DNA from: Oceanispirochaeta sp.
GTDB taxonomy: Bacteria > Spirochaetota > Spirochaetia > DSM-2461
NCBI GenBank assembly: GCA_963663385.2
Contig: CAXXXD010000003.1
Span: 1,568,001 to 1,632,000 of the forward strand
DNA: 64,000 nt
Reading direction: 5' to 3'
Part shown: positions 28,378 through 38,718 of the stretch, one piece after another
Layout: every line of letters begins with the position of its first letter
How positions within the stretch are numbered: the first letter of the stretch is position 1
Translations under genes and position numbers: made by a program
Notes under the pieces: generated by a model
Told to the model about the DNA's origin: nothing
The model's database searches: none
The model's input: only the letters and a program-made list of their open reading frames with translations

Positions 28378-29490
28378 TCAGGCAAACTTATCATAATATA
28401 TCTTTTCCAATGGGATATTATTGGCGGTCATTACATTATTGCAGGCATTGATCATCCCGGGGCTGCCGCACAGGTATCCTTCCATATCCTTATCAGGACC
28501 AATTTTTTCTTTAATATAACGATCAAGAACATCTGTAATCAGTCCGGTATCTCCGGTCCAGTTATCTTCAGGCTGCGGTTCGGATAGAGCCGGTATAAAG
28601 TGAAAATTCGGCAGCCGTGCTTCGAGTTCCTTCATTTCATCCAGATAGAACATATCCTTCAGGGAACGGGCCCCGAAGAAGTACCAGACATCCCGATCGG
28701 TTATTTCCCTGTCTGCCATATCATGCAGAATGGATTTGAAAGGAGCCATCCCCGAACCGCCTGCGACACAGACCATAACAGCCTTTGTATCCGATCGCTG
28801 AAACTCTCCAAAGGGACCGATCAAATCCATGGTATCCCCTTCTTTCAGATGCTTATGAACATATGTTGTCGCTATTCCGCCGGGAACCAGACGGATAAGC
28901 ACCTCTACCCTGTTGTTATCCAAGGGACGGGAAGACATGGAATAGGCTCTCTGGGTTGTTCCCTTTACTTTGTCGTAAGGAGGAATCACAACCTGTATAT
29001 ACATCCCCGATTCAAAATTTATTGTATCCTCTCCCAGATCAAAAAGGACTTCCTTTATATCGTAGGTCAGATCCCTGATACTTATGACTTTGGCCTTGAA
29101 CTGTTTTACATTAAAGAGAGAGTCGGGAATCTCAATACTGATATCCGCTTTTACCTTAACCTGACAGGAAAGGCGGATATTGTCGGCAATTTCCCGGTTA
29201 GACAGATAGGGAGTTTCTGTCGGGAGATGGGGACCTATATTGCTTAGAACCCGGCATTTACAGGCTCCGCAGCTTCCTCTTCCCCCACAGGCGGAAGGCA
29301 GGAAAATACCTTCCGAAGCCAGAAGGGAGAGAAGCGGTTCACCTCCTTTTACATTCAGTTCCTTCTTTCCGTTGTTTATGTCAATTTTCACCTCGCCATA
29401 GTTATTGACAATGCTGTCCACAATGGCAATCAAAGCTGCCAGAACAGCTGATATACCGGCAATGGTTAAAGGTGCTATAATAAAACTCAT
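28378..29490 (-). CDS. nqrF: NqrF-like NADH oxidoreductase (TM anchor, 2Fe-2S, FAD, NAD domains)
   Basis: PSACGGRGSCGACKC, RLSCQV, RAYSMSS, AGGSGMAP, YLCGSPGM. Confidence 0.85.
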   Translation of the reverse strand: MSFIIAPLTIAGISAVLAALIAIVDSIVNNYGEVKIDINNGKKELNVKGGEPLLSLLASEGIFLPSACGGRGSCGACKCRVLSNIGPHLPTETPYLSNREIADNIRLSCQVKVKADISIEIPDSLFNVKQFKAKVISIRDLTYDIKEVLFDLGEDTINFESGMYIQVVIPPYDKVKGTTQRAYSMSSRPLDNNRVEVLIRLVPGGIATTYVHKHLKEGDTMDLIGPFGEFQRSDTKAVMVCVAGGSGMAPFKSILHDMADREITDRDVWYFFGARSLKDMFYLDEMKELEARLPNFHFIPALSEPQPEDNWTGDTGLITDVLDRYIKEKIGPDKDMEGYLCGSPGMINACNNVMTANNIPLEKIYYDKFA

Positions 29491-29514
29491 CCTGTTTAAA
29501 CCTCCCTTTCCGTT

Positions 29515-30108
29515 CTACTGAACACTCAGCATTCCGGAGAATCCAATAAAAGCCATTGCCATGAATCCAATTGTAATCAGGGTAATACCCGGACCTTCCA
29601 GACCCGCCGGAACAGGTGATTTCATCAGTTTCTTCTGAATGGCGGCCAGGGCCATAATAGCCAGCCACCAGCCCAGTCCGGAGCCCAGTCCGTAAAAAAG
29701 GGTTTGAAGAAGATCGTATTGACGTATCTCCATAAAGAGGGCCACACCCAGAATGGCGCAGTTAACTGTAATCAGAGGCAGAAAGATTCCCAGAGAGAGA
29801 TACAGAGCAGGAGAAACCCGGTCTATTACCATTTCAAGAATCTGAACCGTAGCAGCAATAACAATGATAAACACGATATATCGCAGATAGAGCAGATTCA
29901 GCGGAATAAGTAGATAATTCAGAACAGCCCAGTTTATGACAGCCGTTATGGCAAGAACCACCGTAACGGCCATCCCAAGTCCATTGGCAGATTTAATATC
30001 CTTGGAAATGGAAATAAACGAACACATGCCCAGAAAATTGGATAGTAGGATATTACTGGTAAATATGGAAGCAAAGAGAAGAACCACTGGGTGTATGTCA
30101 GGAGTCAT
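29515..30108 (-). CDS. nqrE: NqrE/RnfA-family membrane subunit
   Basis: FLGMCSF, LGIFLPLITVNCAILG, GPGITLITIGFMAMAF.GFSG. Confidence 0.85.
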   Translation of the reverse strand: MTPDIHPVVLLFASIFTSNILLSNFLGMCSFISISKDIKSANGLGMAVTVVLAITAVINWAVLNYLLIPLNLLYLRYIVFIIVIAATVQILEMVIDRVSPALYLSLGIFLPLITVNCAILGVALFMEIRQYDLLQTLFYGLGSGLGWWLAIMALAAIQKKLMKSPVPAGLEGPGITLITIGFMAMAFIGFSGMLSVQ

Positions 30109-30716
30109 TTTGCCCCTCCTTTCTTAAGCATAATCGATTTTACGATCCAGAGAAATGTTCCCAGGAGAAAAAAGGCGCTGGGGGCCATAACCATAATGGT
30201 CCATTTTATAAAACTGTCCGGCAGTACGGGAAAACCGAAAAGTGTACCGAATCCCAGCAGCTCCCTGATAAAAGCAATTATCATCAGAACCCACATATAA
30301 CCCAGACCGGATGTAACACCGTCCCAGAACGACAAGAATGGGCTGTTTGACTGGGCGAAAGCTTCTGCCCGCCCCATGATAATACAGTTTGTAATGATCA
30401 ACCCTACATAGGGCCCGAGGGATTTGCTGATTTCAGGCAGGTAGGCCCGCAGGAGTATATCTACAATAATCACATAGAAAGCTATAATAAGAGTCTGAAC
30501 AATCATTCGAACCTTTCGGGGAATCAGACTTTTCAGAAGTGAAACCGTAAAATTGGTAAAAGCGGATACAAAAACCAGTCCCAGAGTCATGATCATGGTA
30601 TTGGCCATGTTATTTGTCACAGCCAGGGTAGAACAGATTCCCAGAATCTGTATAAAAACCGGATTATTATGCCAGATATTCTCTTTAAGTATGGCGGAAG
30701 GGCTTTTTTCGTTCAT
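30105..30716 (-). CDS. nqrD: NqrD/RnfE-family membrane subunit
   Basis: NNPVFIQILGICSTLAVT, VGLIITNCIIMGRAEAFA, APSAFFLLG. Confidence 0.87.
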   Translation of the reverse strand: MNEKSPSAILKENIWHNNPVFIQILGICSTLAVTNNMANTMIMTLGLVFVSAFTNFTVSLLKSLIPRKVRMIVQTLIIAFYVIIVDILLRAYLPEISKSLGPYVGLIITNCIIMGRAEAFAQSNSPFLSFWDGVTSGLGYMWVLMIIAFIRELLGFGTLFGFPVLPDSFIKWTIMVMAPSAFFLLGTFLWIVKSIMLKKGGAK

Positions 30717-31318
30717 TGATCCGCACCTCCCTTTTTCAGAATCTCCAATTGGGAATTTAGAATTTTTTCAACGGATTGACTGGTTTGGGAAGCGCCTGTT
30801 ATACCGTCGACAACCCCGTTGGCAGAGTCGGTATCTTTTTGGCCGCTTCCTTTGCGTACCGTTATCCGCCCCTCAACAATCCTCTCATTGCGGAACTGCT
30901 CCTTAAACCAGTCCTCGTCAATTCGTCCGCCCAGACCGGGGGTCTCATTGTGAGAGATAATCTCAAGCCCCCTGATGGTTTTAAGATCCTTATCCACAGC
31001 CAGGATGCCGCTGATAGTTCCCCACAATCCCGGACCACTGTAATACTTGACAAGAATAGACGTGCTATTCAAATCGGTTTTCATCAAATCCCCGGGATCC
31101 GGAATTTTATTAAAACGCATCGCATATTCAGATAAGACGGCTTCTTTATCAGAGGGAAGGATCCCCAGAGCTGACAGAACAGCCGCCTGAACAGCTATCT
31201 CCTTATTCTCTTCAACACGGGCTGAAGTTGCACCATTGGCCAGAGAAAGGAGAAAGACAAAAAAGAATGCTGTTACAAATGTAAAAAGGACTGTATAGGT
31301 TAATCCGTTTTTCTTCAT
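30713..31318 (-). CDS. nqrC: NqrC/RnfG-family FMN-binding subunit
   Basis: N-terminal TM; GPGLWG, HNETPGLGG, VDGITGAS flavinylation motif; ATGA overlap with nqrB. Confidence 0.85.
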   Translation of the reverse strand: MKKNGLTYTVLFTFVTAFFFVFLLSLANGATSARVEENKEIAVQAAVLSALGILPSDKEAVLSEYAMRFNKIPDPGDLMKTDLNSTSILVKYYSGPGLWGTISGILAVDKDLKTIRGLEIISHNETPGLGGRIDEDWFKEQFRNERIVEGRITVRKGSGQKDTDSANGVVDGITGASQTSQSVEKILNSQLEILKKGGADQ

Positions 31319-32223
31319 TTTCCGCCCCCCTTTTCTGTTTTGGAAGGAGTAGACCATTCATCAAGAAGTGAGGCAAAAGTATTCCCCATCAGGACTCCGA
31401 AGCTGGTTCCCTCCGGAAAAAGTGAAAATATCCTGACCAGACAGGTTACGGTTCCTATAAGGATGCCGTAAAGAATCTGTGCCCTGTTTTTTTTGGGAGC
31501 CGATACGGGATCCGTAGCCATAAAAACAATAACAAAAAGAACACTACCCGACAGAAGAGCTTCCAGAGGAGGAAAAGAAGCGGGTATCCCCGCAAAAAAC
31601 AGGATTGTGGAAAGAACACCGAAGCTGAGAACCGAAGACAATATGATACGCCAACTGGCTGTTTTAGTAAAAATCAGATACACCGCTGCCAATACGATAA
31701 GTATGATGGCGCTCTCTCCAAGGGAGCCGGAGCGGATTCCCATTATAAGATCAGCTATATCCGGCAGTCCGCCGCTGCGCATGACTTCCAGGGGAGTAGC
31801 GGTACTGACGGCATCCACCCCTGCCCTTCCGAAATGCCCCGGAACTTTCCAGGAAGATGTCATATAGGAGGGGAATGTTATGTAGACAAACAGACGCCCC
31901 GTAATAGCCGGATTAAAGATGTTTCTTCCGAATCCCCCGAAAATACATTTACCGAAGAGAACCCCGAAAACAATACCTATAACAGCTAACCATAAAGGGA
32001 CCAGGGGGGGCATGGAAAGGGCGTATAAGCCGCAGGTTACCAGAACCGCCTCGGATACTTTCTTCCCTCTGGACTTCATGAAAAAGTATTCCGTTCCAAT
32101 CCCTGCTGCAAAAACAACTAAATGAATCAGGAGAGAACGAAGCCCGTAAAGGTATACGGAAAATATCATGATTGGTATAAGCGAGTAGAGGACCCGCCGC
32201 ATCATGATCTGTTTTTGAAACAC
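31315..32223 (-). CDS. nqrB: NqrB/RnfD-family membrane subunit (short N-terminus)
   Basis: FGGFGRNIFNPA, DAVSTATPL, GSLGES, FMATDPVSA, PEG; GTG start with GGAGG RBS. Confidence 0.85.
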   Translation of the reverse strand: MFQKQIMMRRVLYSLIPIMIFSVYLYGLRSLLIHLVVFAAGIGTEYFFMKSRGKKVSEAVLVTCGLYALSMPPLVPLWLAVIGIVFGVLFGKCIFGGFGRNIFNPAITGRLFVYITFPSYMTSSWKVPGHFGRAGVDAVSTATPLEVMRSGGLPDIADLIMGIRSGSLGESAIILIVLAAVYLIFTKTASWRIILSSVLSFGVLSTILFFAGIPASFPPLEALLSGSVLFVIVFMATDPVSAPKKNRAQILYGILIGTVTCLVRIFSLFPEGTSFGVLMGNTFASLLDEWSTPSKTEKGGGK

Positions 32224-32421
32224 TTTATAACCTCCGGGTAAGAACAAGGTTCAATATCTCCCTGAGGAGAACTGTTCTTTAATAATAAAATGATCATAAA
32301 TAAAATTTCAAAAAGAAATCAATCAATTTTTTATTTTATTATATCTGATATTTGATTCGAAAGATGTTTTACATTTATATTTCAAGAGTATCTTATGAAA
32401 CAGAATAATGAGGGAATTCCA

Positions 32422-32838
32422 ATGATTAAGGCAATCGTGCAGGAAATTTCAAACAGGAAAACAGTATTCCGGATACTGGGCAGCGATGGTCAATGCAGCT
32501 CCGGATCCTGTGAAAGATGCCAATGCTCACGCTCAATAAAAAGGGTATCCCTCTCTTCGGAGAGCTGTCCGAATCTTGAAAAGGGTATGAAGGTAGAACT
32601 GCAAAGGAGTCCTGTCTACAGGCTCCATTTCGCACTAATGATTGTTCTGCCCCTTGCGGTTCTTGCTGTTGTGCCCATCCTGCCTGTATGGAACAGTACT
32701 TTAAGCAAAGAGGCTCTTAATGCGATTTCACTGGGATCCGGTTTCGGGACTTTTCTGGTTACTGCGGTTTTAATAAAGTTTTTCGGTAAAAAAGAAACCG
32801 TTACGGTGCTTCCCATACAGGAGGATCACCGGGATTAA
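32422..32838 (+). CDS. rseC: RseC/MucC-family protein
   Basis: N-terminal Cys cluster CSSGSCERCQC, GMKVEL, two C-terminal TMs; alternative start at 32395. Confidence 0.7.
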   Translation: MIKAIVQEISNRKTVFRILGSDGQCSSGSCERCQCSRSIKRVSLSSESCPNLEKGMKVELQRSPVYRLHFALMIVLPLAVLAVVPILPVWNSTLSKEALNAISLGSGFGTFLVTAVLIKFFGKKETVTVLPIQEDHRD

Positions 32839-34166
32839 TCCAGGCGGCAGCTATTGGCATACCGGCTCATATCCACCCACTCGGCATCAAGCCGGGAAAC
32901 AGGGATTTTTCCTTTTTCATAGACTGCCGGATTCCCCCTGTCCAGAAATGGTTCGATTTTCTGCCAGGAAAGTTCCGTCTCCTCTGCACTTACAAAAAGA
33001 GTCTGGTCCCCTTTCAGGGCATCCAGAAGCAGTTTCTGATAGGCCTCAGGTACTGCACCTTCAAAAGTATCGGCGTAACAGAAATCCATATCTGTGGTGG
33101 TAATCTCCATTTCACTGCCGGGGATCTTGGTCGAATGATCAATAAAGATTCCGGACCGAGGCTGAATATGAAATATTATCCGGTTGTTATCCAGTTTCCC
33201 GTCCTTATTGAACAGGAGGGGGGGAACTTTTTTGAATGTAATGGCAATACTGGTCTGTTTCTCGCCTACGGCTTTACCCGTCCGGATATAGATCGGCATC
33301 CCCGACCAGCGGAAAGTATCAATGGAAAGTTTCATTTCCGCATAGGTTTCCGTCTGGGAATTCCCGGATATTTTCGATTCCAGACGGTATCCTTCATACT
33401 GCTGGATATGACACTCCTTAACCGTCAGCGCCCTGAGTATATTCAGTTTCTGATGCCGAATGCTCTCAGGCTCCAGAGAAACTGGGGCTTCCATGGTTAT
33501 CAGGGCCAGCAGCTGTAGAAGATGGTTCTGTATCATATCCCGGATAATCCCGGATTTATCAAAGTAGGCTCCCCGTGACTCTACTCCGATCTCCTCAAAG
33601 GCATTAATCTGTATGGATTCAATATAGGAGCTGTTCCATACTGGATAGAATATATTGTTGGCAAAACGGAAAACCAGAATATTCTGAACCGCCTCCTTGG
33701 CCAGATAATGATCTATCCGGTATATCTGTTTTTCAGTATAGAATTCCTTAAGATGCCGGTTCAGTTCCCGGGCGGTCTGATAATCGCTGCCGAAAGGCTT
33801 CTCAATGATAATACGCACATTGTAACGAAAGCCGCTCCTGTAGAGGGCTTCAGCGGTTTTTCCGTATACTCCGGGGGGTAGTGCCATAAAAACTATGATC
33901 TGGGAAAATTCACCACAGGAACAGACCTTCTCATAGAGTCCGTCCATTCCCTGATGATAGGAAAAAAAAGAGGCGAATTTCCCGGGGACAGCAATATGCT
34001 CCCGGAAGGAGACATCCGAGTAATCAGTCCGTCCCGAACCGATTACCCGGCAGTCTCCGGCTATGGATCCATTTTCCAGCAGCCTGATCAATGCGGGAAT
34101 CAGCTTTCTTTTTGCCAGGTCCCCCGATGCGCCGAGTATGACGATTGCCGCACTGTTCACTGCCAC
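32835..34166 (-). CDS. zwf: Glucose-6-phosphate 1-dehydrogenase
   Basis: GASGDLAKRKL, EKPFG, RIDHYLAKE, RDMIQNHLLQ. Confidence 0.95.
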   Translation of the reverse strand: MAVNSAAIVILGASGDLAKRKLIPALIRLLENGSIAGDCRVIGSGRTDYSDVSFREHIAVPGKFASFFSYHQGMDGLYEKVCSCGEFSQIIVFMALPPGVYGKTAEALYRSGFRYNVRIIIEKPFGSDYQTARELNRHLKEFYTEKQIYRIDHYLAKEAVQNILVFRFANNIFYPVWNSSYIESIQINAFEEIGVESRGAYFDKSGIIRDMIQNHLLQLLALITMEAPVSLEPESIRHQKLNILRALTVKECHIQQYEGYRLESKISGNSQTETYAEMKLSIDTFRWSGMPIYIRTGKAVGEKQTSIAITFKKVPPLLFNKDGKLDNNRIIFHIQPRSGIFIDHSTKIPGSEMEITTTDMDFCYADTFEGAVPEAYQKLLLDALKGDQTLFVSAEETELSWQKIEPFLDRGNPAVYEKGKIPVSRLDAEWVDMSRYANSCRLD

Positions 34167-34182
34167 TGTAAACCTCCAAAAA

Positions 34183-35886
34183 CTATTTTTTCTGTATTTT
34201 TGCCCAGGAGTCCTTCAAGGCTACGGTTCTGTTGAATACGGGAGTTTCACTGCTGTGATCCTTATTATCCGCAATAAAGTACCCCTGTCTCAGAAACTGA
34301 AAGGACTTTCCTGCCGGGGTTTCCGCCAGAGAAGGTTCAACGATACATTTTTTGACAATCAGAGACTCCGGATTAAGATAATCCTTATAATCCTTCCCCT
34401 CCTCCATGTCATCCATGTTTTCCAGAGTAAAGAGGTTATTATACAGACGAACTTCCGCCTCCCGGCCTTTTTCCGCAGAAACCCAGTGAAGGGTTCCCTT
34501 CACCTTTCTTCCATCGGGGGAATCACCTCCTCTGGTAGCCGGATCGTAGGTACACCGCAGTTCGACAACTTTGCCCTTTTCATCTTTAATGACCTCGTCA
34601 CAGGTTATGAAATAGGCATGTTTCAGACGGACTTCCATACCCGGAGCCAGTCGGAAGAACTTCCGGGGAGGCTCTTCCATAAAATCATCCTGCTCAATGT
34701 ATATTTCCCGTCCGAAAGGCACCATCCGGCTGCCTGCTTCGGCACTTCCGGGGTTGTTTTCCGCTTCCAGTTCTTCAATCTGTCCCTCGGGGTAGTTTGT
34801 GATAACAACCTTCAGGGGATCGATAACAGCCATGGCGCGATCCGCCGTTTCGTTCAGTTCCTCCCGTATGATATACTGCAGAAAGTTTATATCCACCAGG
34901 CTGTTTACCTTGGATACACCTATCTCGCTGCAGAAACGGCGGATGGATGCCGGCGTATAACCTCTGCGTCTGAATCCGGAAAGGGTTGGCATTCTTGGGT
35001 CATCCCAGCCGTTTACGTAATTCTCTTTAACCAGTTCCAGGAGTTTCCTTTTGCTCATTACGGTATAGCTGATATTCAGTCTGGCGAATTCCACCTGCCG
35101 CGGGTGACAGGGAGCGCTCACATTCTCCAGAAACCAGTTGTAAAGGGGACGGTGGTTTTCAAACTCAAGGGTGCAGATCGAGTGGGTTATCCCCTCGATG
35201 GCATCCTCATACCCATGAGCAAAGTCATACATAGGGTAAATATTCCATTTATCCCCGGTTCTGTGATGACTGGCTTTTCTGATCCGGTACATGGCGGGAT
35301 CCCGCATATTCATATTCTGATGGGCCATATCTATTTTTGCCCTGAGGATACACTCGCCCTCCTCCAGCTCGCCGGCCCGCATTTTTTCAAAAAGTTCCAG
35401 GTTTTCCTCTACAGACCGGTTTCTATAGGGAGAGTCCGTACCGGGAACGGTGGGAGTCCCCCTTGTTTCACGGATCTTATCAGCGGTCTGGCTGTCCACA
35501 TAGGCTTTTCCGCTATTGATCAACTCAAGGGCCCAGGCATACAGCTGATCGAAGTAGTCCGAGGCAAAGTAGATTTTCCTGTCCGCATTGAAGCCGAGCC
35601 ACCGTACATCCTCCACAATAGAGTCTACATATTCCTGTTCTTCCTTGGAAGGATTGGTATCGTCAAACCGGAGTTTGCAGACTCCGTTATAATCTTCTGC
35701 TATCCCGAAATTCAGACATATGGACTTTGCATGCCCGATATGAAGGTATCCGTTGGGTTCAGGGGGGAATCTTGTTTGAACCGTGTGAGGAACCTTCCCG
35801 TCTTTAATATCGTCGTTGATTATCTGACGAACAAAGTCCACACCTTTTTTTGATTCGTTTTCCGTATTTTCGCTCAAGTTAGCCAT
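34183..35886 (-). CDS. glnS: Glutaminyl-tRNA synthetase
   Basis: [41 protein letters not shown]. Confidence 0.96.
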   Translation of the reverse strand: MANLSENTENESKKGVDFVRQIINDDIKDGKVPHTVQTRFPPEPNGYLHIGHAKSICLNFGIAEDYNGVCKLRFDDTNPSKEEQEYVDSIVEDVRWLGFNADRKIYFASDYFDQLYAWALELINSGKAYVDSQTADKIRETRGTPTVPGTDSPYRNRSVEENLELFEKMRAGELEEGECILRAKIDMAHQNMNMRDPAMYRIRKASHHRTGDKWNIYPMYDFAHGYEDAIEGITHSICTLEFENHRPLYNWFLENVSAPCHPRQVEFARLNISYTVMSKRKLLELVKENYVNGWDDPRMPTLSGFRRRGYTPASIRRFCSEIGVSKVNSLVDINFLQYIIREELNETADRAMAVIDPLKVVITNYPEGQIEELEAENNPGSAEAGSRMVPFGREIYIEQDDFMEEPPRKFFRLAPGMEVRLKHAYFITCDEVIKDEKGKVVELRCTYDPATRGGDSPDGRKVKGTLHWVSAEKGREAEVRLYNNLFTLENMDDMEEGKDYKDYLNPESLIVKKCIVEPSLAETPAGKSFQFLRQGYFIADNKDHSSETPVFNRTVALKDSWAKIQKK

Positions 35887-35969
35887 TCCACACCTCTACT
35901 AAAGTTGCGGTACCCGAAGGGCACCAAATAAGAAATGATTTTATCACAAACCCTTTTCAGGTAGAAGTA

Positions 35970-36239
35970 CTAGACGTTAATCTGATGCCCCCGCCCCTTC
36001 TTTTCTTTAACGACCCCGACCCTGTTGAGGATGGCATCCAGCCAGGTATCCGCCTCCGCCCTTGTGGGAAAAGACTTCGAATACACCTTCCGGTTGGATT
36101 TATCCGCCAGGCTTCTGTCCCGCTCCTCAACATGGGAAGAGGAAAAGACCCACACGCCCTTATTGTTGTAGCTCTTGTAGGTTATGGAAAAGATGTTTTC
36201 AAGATTAACATAACTGCCGTCATCAACTTCAATAAACAC
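35970..36239 (-). CDS. Hypothetical protein
   Basis: GTG start with AGGAG RBS; 89 aa. Confidence 0.65.
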   Translation of the reverse strand: MFIEVDDGSYVNLENIFSITYKSYNNKGVWVFSSSHVEERDRSLADKSNRKVYSKSFPTRAEADTWLDAILNRVGVVKEKKGRGHQINV

Positions 36240-36327
36240 AACAGACTCCTTTAATGCGGCTTGTAATCAAGCGGCATTATAAGTTTATATTAGGGGTATC
36301 TATCGGTGCAAGAGAGGATTGCCTGTT

Positions 36328-37284
36328 ATGAAAATTGTTTTTCCGGATGCCGGTTCCCTGGGATCCGATCTTGATCTTTCCATCTTCCGTAAGGCGGGAG
36401 ATTTTTTCCATTGGGAAAACACAGCTAAAGAGGAGCTTCCTTCCCGCATCCGGGAGGCAAATGTAATCATTACCAACAGGGTTAACCTGGGAGAGGCAGA
36501 GCTGAAAAATGCGCCGGATCTTGCCCTGATTACCCTGACTGCCACCGGATATAATAATGTGGATATCGAATACTGCCGCAAACGGAAAATCGCTGTTGCC
36601 AATGTGGCCGGGTACTCTACCGAAAGTGTCGCCCAGCACACATTGGCCATGCTGCTTTATCTGTTGGAGCACACCCGCTATTACGATGATTACATCAGGG
36701 AGCAGAGGTACCTGGCAGATCAGCGTTTTGCGGATGTATCAAAGCCATGGAACGAGATAGCCGGAAAGAACTGGGGTATTATCGGCATGGGCAGTATCGG
36801 ACGGAAAGTCGCTTCCATAGCCGAAGCATTCGGAGCCCGCGTCTGTTATGCCAGTACGTCCGGGATAAAACGGGACGAGGCCTATGAAGCTGTGACGCTT
36901 GAGGAACTTCTAAGGCGATCGAATATTGTTTCCATTCATGCGCCGTTAAATGAAAATACGGAGAATCTTATCAACAGAAGCAGGCTCTCACTCATGAAAA
37001 AAAGCGCCATACTCCTTAATCTGGGCCGCGGAGCCATTGTCAATGAAGAGGATTTGATTGAAGCCCTCAAGAGTGATAAGATTGGCGCAGCCGGACTGGA
37101 TGTGCTCAGGGAAGAACCGCCGCAGAAAGATTCGGACCTTCTGGGTCTGATTGATACGGGGAAACTCCTGGTAACGCCTCATAATGCCTGGGGCAGTCTG
37201 GAATCGCGGCGCAGACTGGTCCGGGAGGTATTTGAAAACATCCGGGCCTTTGCCGGCAATGAAAAAAGAAACAGGATTGTATAA
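36328..37284 (+). CDS. D-2-hydroxyacid dehydrogenase (glycerate dehydrogenase/hydroxypyruvate reductase-like)
   Basis: ATGYNNVD, GIIGMGSIG, SIHAPL, NLGRG, TPHNAW. Confidence 0.92.
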   Translation: MKIVFPDAGSLGSDLDLSIFRKAGDFFHWENTAKEELPSRIREANVIITNRVNLGEAELKNAPDLALITLTATGYNNVDIEYCRKRKIAVANVAGYSTESVAQHTLAMLLYLLEHTRYYDDYIREQRYLADQRFADVSKPWNEIAGKNWGIIGMGSIGRKVASIAEAFGARVCYASTSGIKRDEAYEAVTLEELLRRSNIVSIHAPLNENTENLINRSRLSLMKKSAILLNLGRGAIVNEEDLIEALKSDKIGAAGLDVLREEPPQKDSDLLGLIDTGKLLVTPHNAWGSLESRRRLVREVFENIRAFAGNEKRNRIV

Positions 37285-37308
37285 GGAACAGCTGTCAGGG
37301 AGATAAAC

Positions 37309-38682
37309 ATGAAAAAAATCGTAGTGAAATTCGGGGGATCCAATCTGAAAACCCGTGAAGATATTCAGAAGATTGTAGAGACCGTCAAGATCTACAACAG
37401 ACCTCTTGTTATTGTAGTATCGGCATTTTACGGTATTACCAACTATCTGACAGAAGGAATCTGGACAGTCCGGAACGACAATAAACATATTCATAAAATG
37501 ATCAATTACCTCAAAACGATGAAAGAGGATACCATAGAGCAGAACATTCAGGATTCTGCAACCAAGGAAGAAGCCTACAGGCTGATTTCCGAACGGCTGG
37601 ATCAGGTGGAACGGTTTCTTCTGGGAATCCACTACATAGGGGATATTCCCAACTTCATTCAGGACAGGATACTCAGCTACGGAGAAAAGTTAAGCTCCCT
37701 CCTTCTGACCATAATTCTGAAATACAACGGTATTGATGCCGAGGAGTGCCTCCCCGAAGATATGGGTCTGATGACCGACGGGGAATTCCGGAATGCCACC
37801 ATAGATTTCGACAAATCCATCTCCCAGGTCAGCAAAGCTTTAAAAGCTGACAAGGTTTTTGTTGTGCCCGGGTTTTACGGAATCTCCGAAGAGGGCAAAA
37901 TAACCCTCCTGGGAAGAGGCGGGAGCGACTACTCGGCGGCCGGCATCGCCCGCTGTATCAAAGCGGAGTCCCTGGATATCTGGAAAGATGTTAACGGGTA
38001 TATGACGGCAGATCCTAAAATGGTAAAGCAGCCCAGACGGGTTAAGAAACTCAGCTATACCGAAGCGGCGGAGCTGTCCTACTTCGGGGCCAAAATACTC
38101 CATCCCAGAACGGTAGAACCCCTGGAAGACATGGGTATACCGGTCCGGATCTTCAATATTGATAAAAAAAAGCGGGACCTGGATCCCCTCTCCTTTATAT
38201 CCGGAAAATCGGAAACCGGAACGGAACCGGCCAAAAGCGTTACCTGCAGCGATGATTTTGCCATCCTTAGAATAAGCGGTCCCGGGGTGGGAATAAAGCC
38301 TGGCATACTGGCCAAGGTTACGTCCTGCCTGGACGGACGCTCTATCAATATCAAGTCGGTTGTGACATCCCAGACTGCCATTAACCTTTACCTGGAATCT
38401 GCCGACCTGCCCCGGGCCGCCCAACTGGTCAGGAGCCTGAACAACAGCACCATAACTCATCTGACGGAAATTGACGATATGGCTATAGTCGCACTCGTTG
38501 GATCGGGAATTGTTCATGAACCGGGTATCGCAGACAGGATGCTCAAGGCACTGGCGGAAAAAAGGATCAATACACAGATCGTATCCATCGGCGCATCGGA
38601 TGTAGCCTCCTATGTAGTTGTAAAACGGACTGATAAAAAAGAGGCGGTCCGTTCCATACATAAAGAGTTTTTTGAAAACTGA
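37309..38682 (+). CDS. lysC: Aspartate kinase with two ACT domains
   Basis: VKFGGS, VVSA, LGRGGSDYSA, KDVNG, ELSYFGAKILHP. Confidence 0.9.
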   Translation: MKKIVVKFGGSNLKTREDIQKIVETVKIYNRPLVIVVSAFYGITNYLTEGIWTVRNDNKHIHKMINYLKTMKEDTIEQNIQDSATKEEAYRLISERLDQVERFLLGIHYIGDIPNFIQDRILSYGEKLSSLLLTIILKYNGIDAEECLPEDMGLMTDGEFRNATIDFDKSISQVSKALKADKVFVVPGFYGISEEGKITLLGRGGSDYSAAGIARCIKAESLDIWKDVNGYMTADPKMVKQPRRVKKLSYTEAAELSYFGAKILHPRTVEPLEDMGIPVRIFNIDKKKRDLDPLSFISGKSETGTEPAKSVTCSDDFAILRISGPGVGIKPGILAKVTSCLDGRSINIKSVVTSQTAINLYLESADLPRAAQLVRSLNNSTITHLTEIDDMAIVALVGSGIVHEPGIADRMLKALAEKRINTQIVSIGASDVASYVVVKRTDKKEAVRSIHKEFFEN

Positions 38683-38718
38683 TTCCTGTACTGACTCAAG
38701 AACGGAAAGGAGCCTGAA

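Noticed and set aside
28378..32223. Calling the cluster a standard Rnf operon
   Set aside because: No RnfC or RnfB; gene order and the NqrF-type FAD/NAD subunit fit an Nqr-like complex
34063..35853. 596-aa ORF antisense to glnS
   Set aside because: Codon-for-codon in register with glnS; explained by glnS avoiding TTA/CTA/TCA codons; no protein-like motifs
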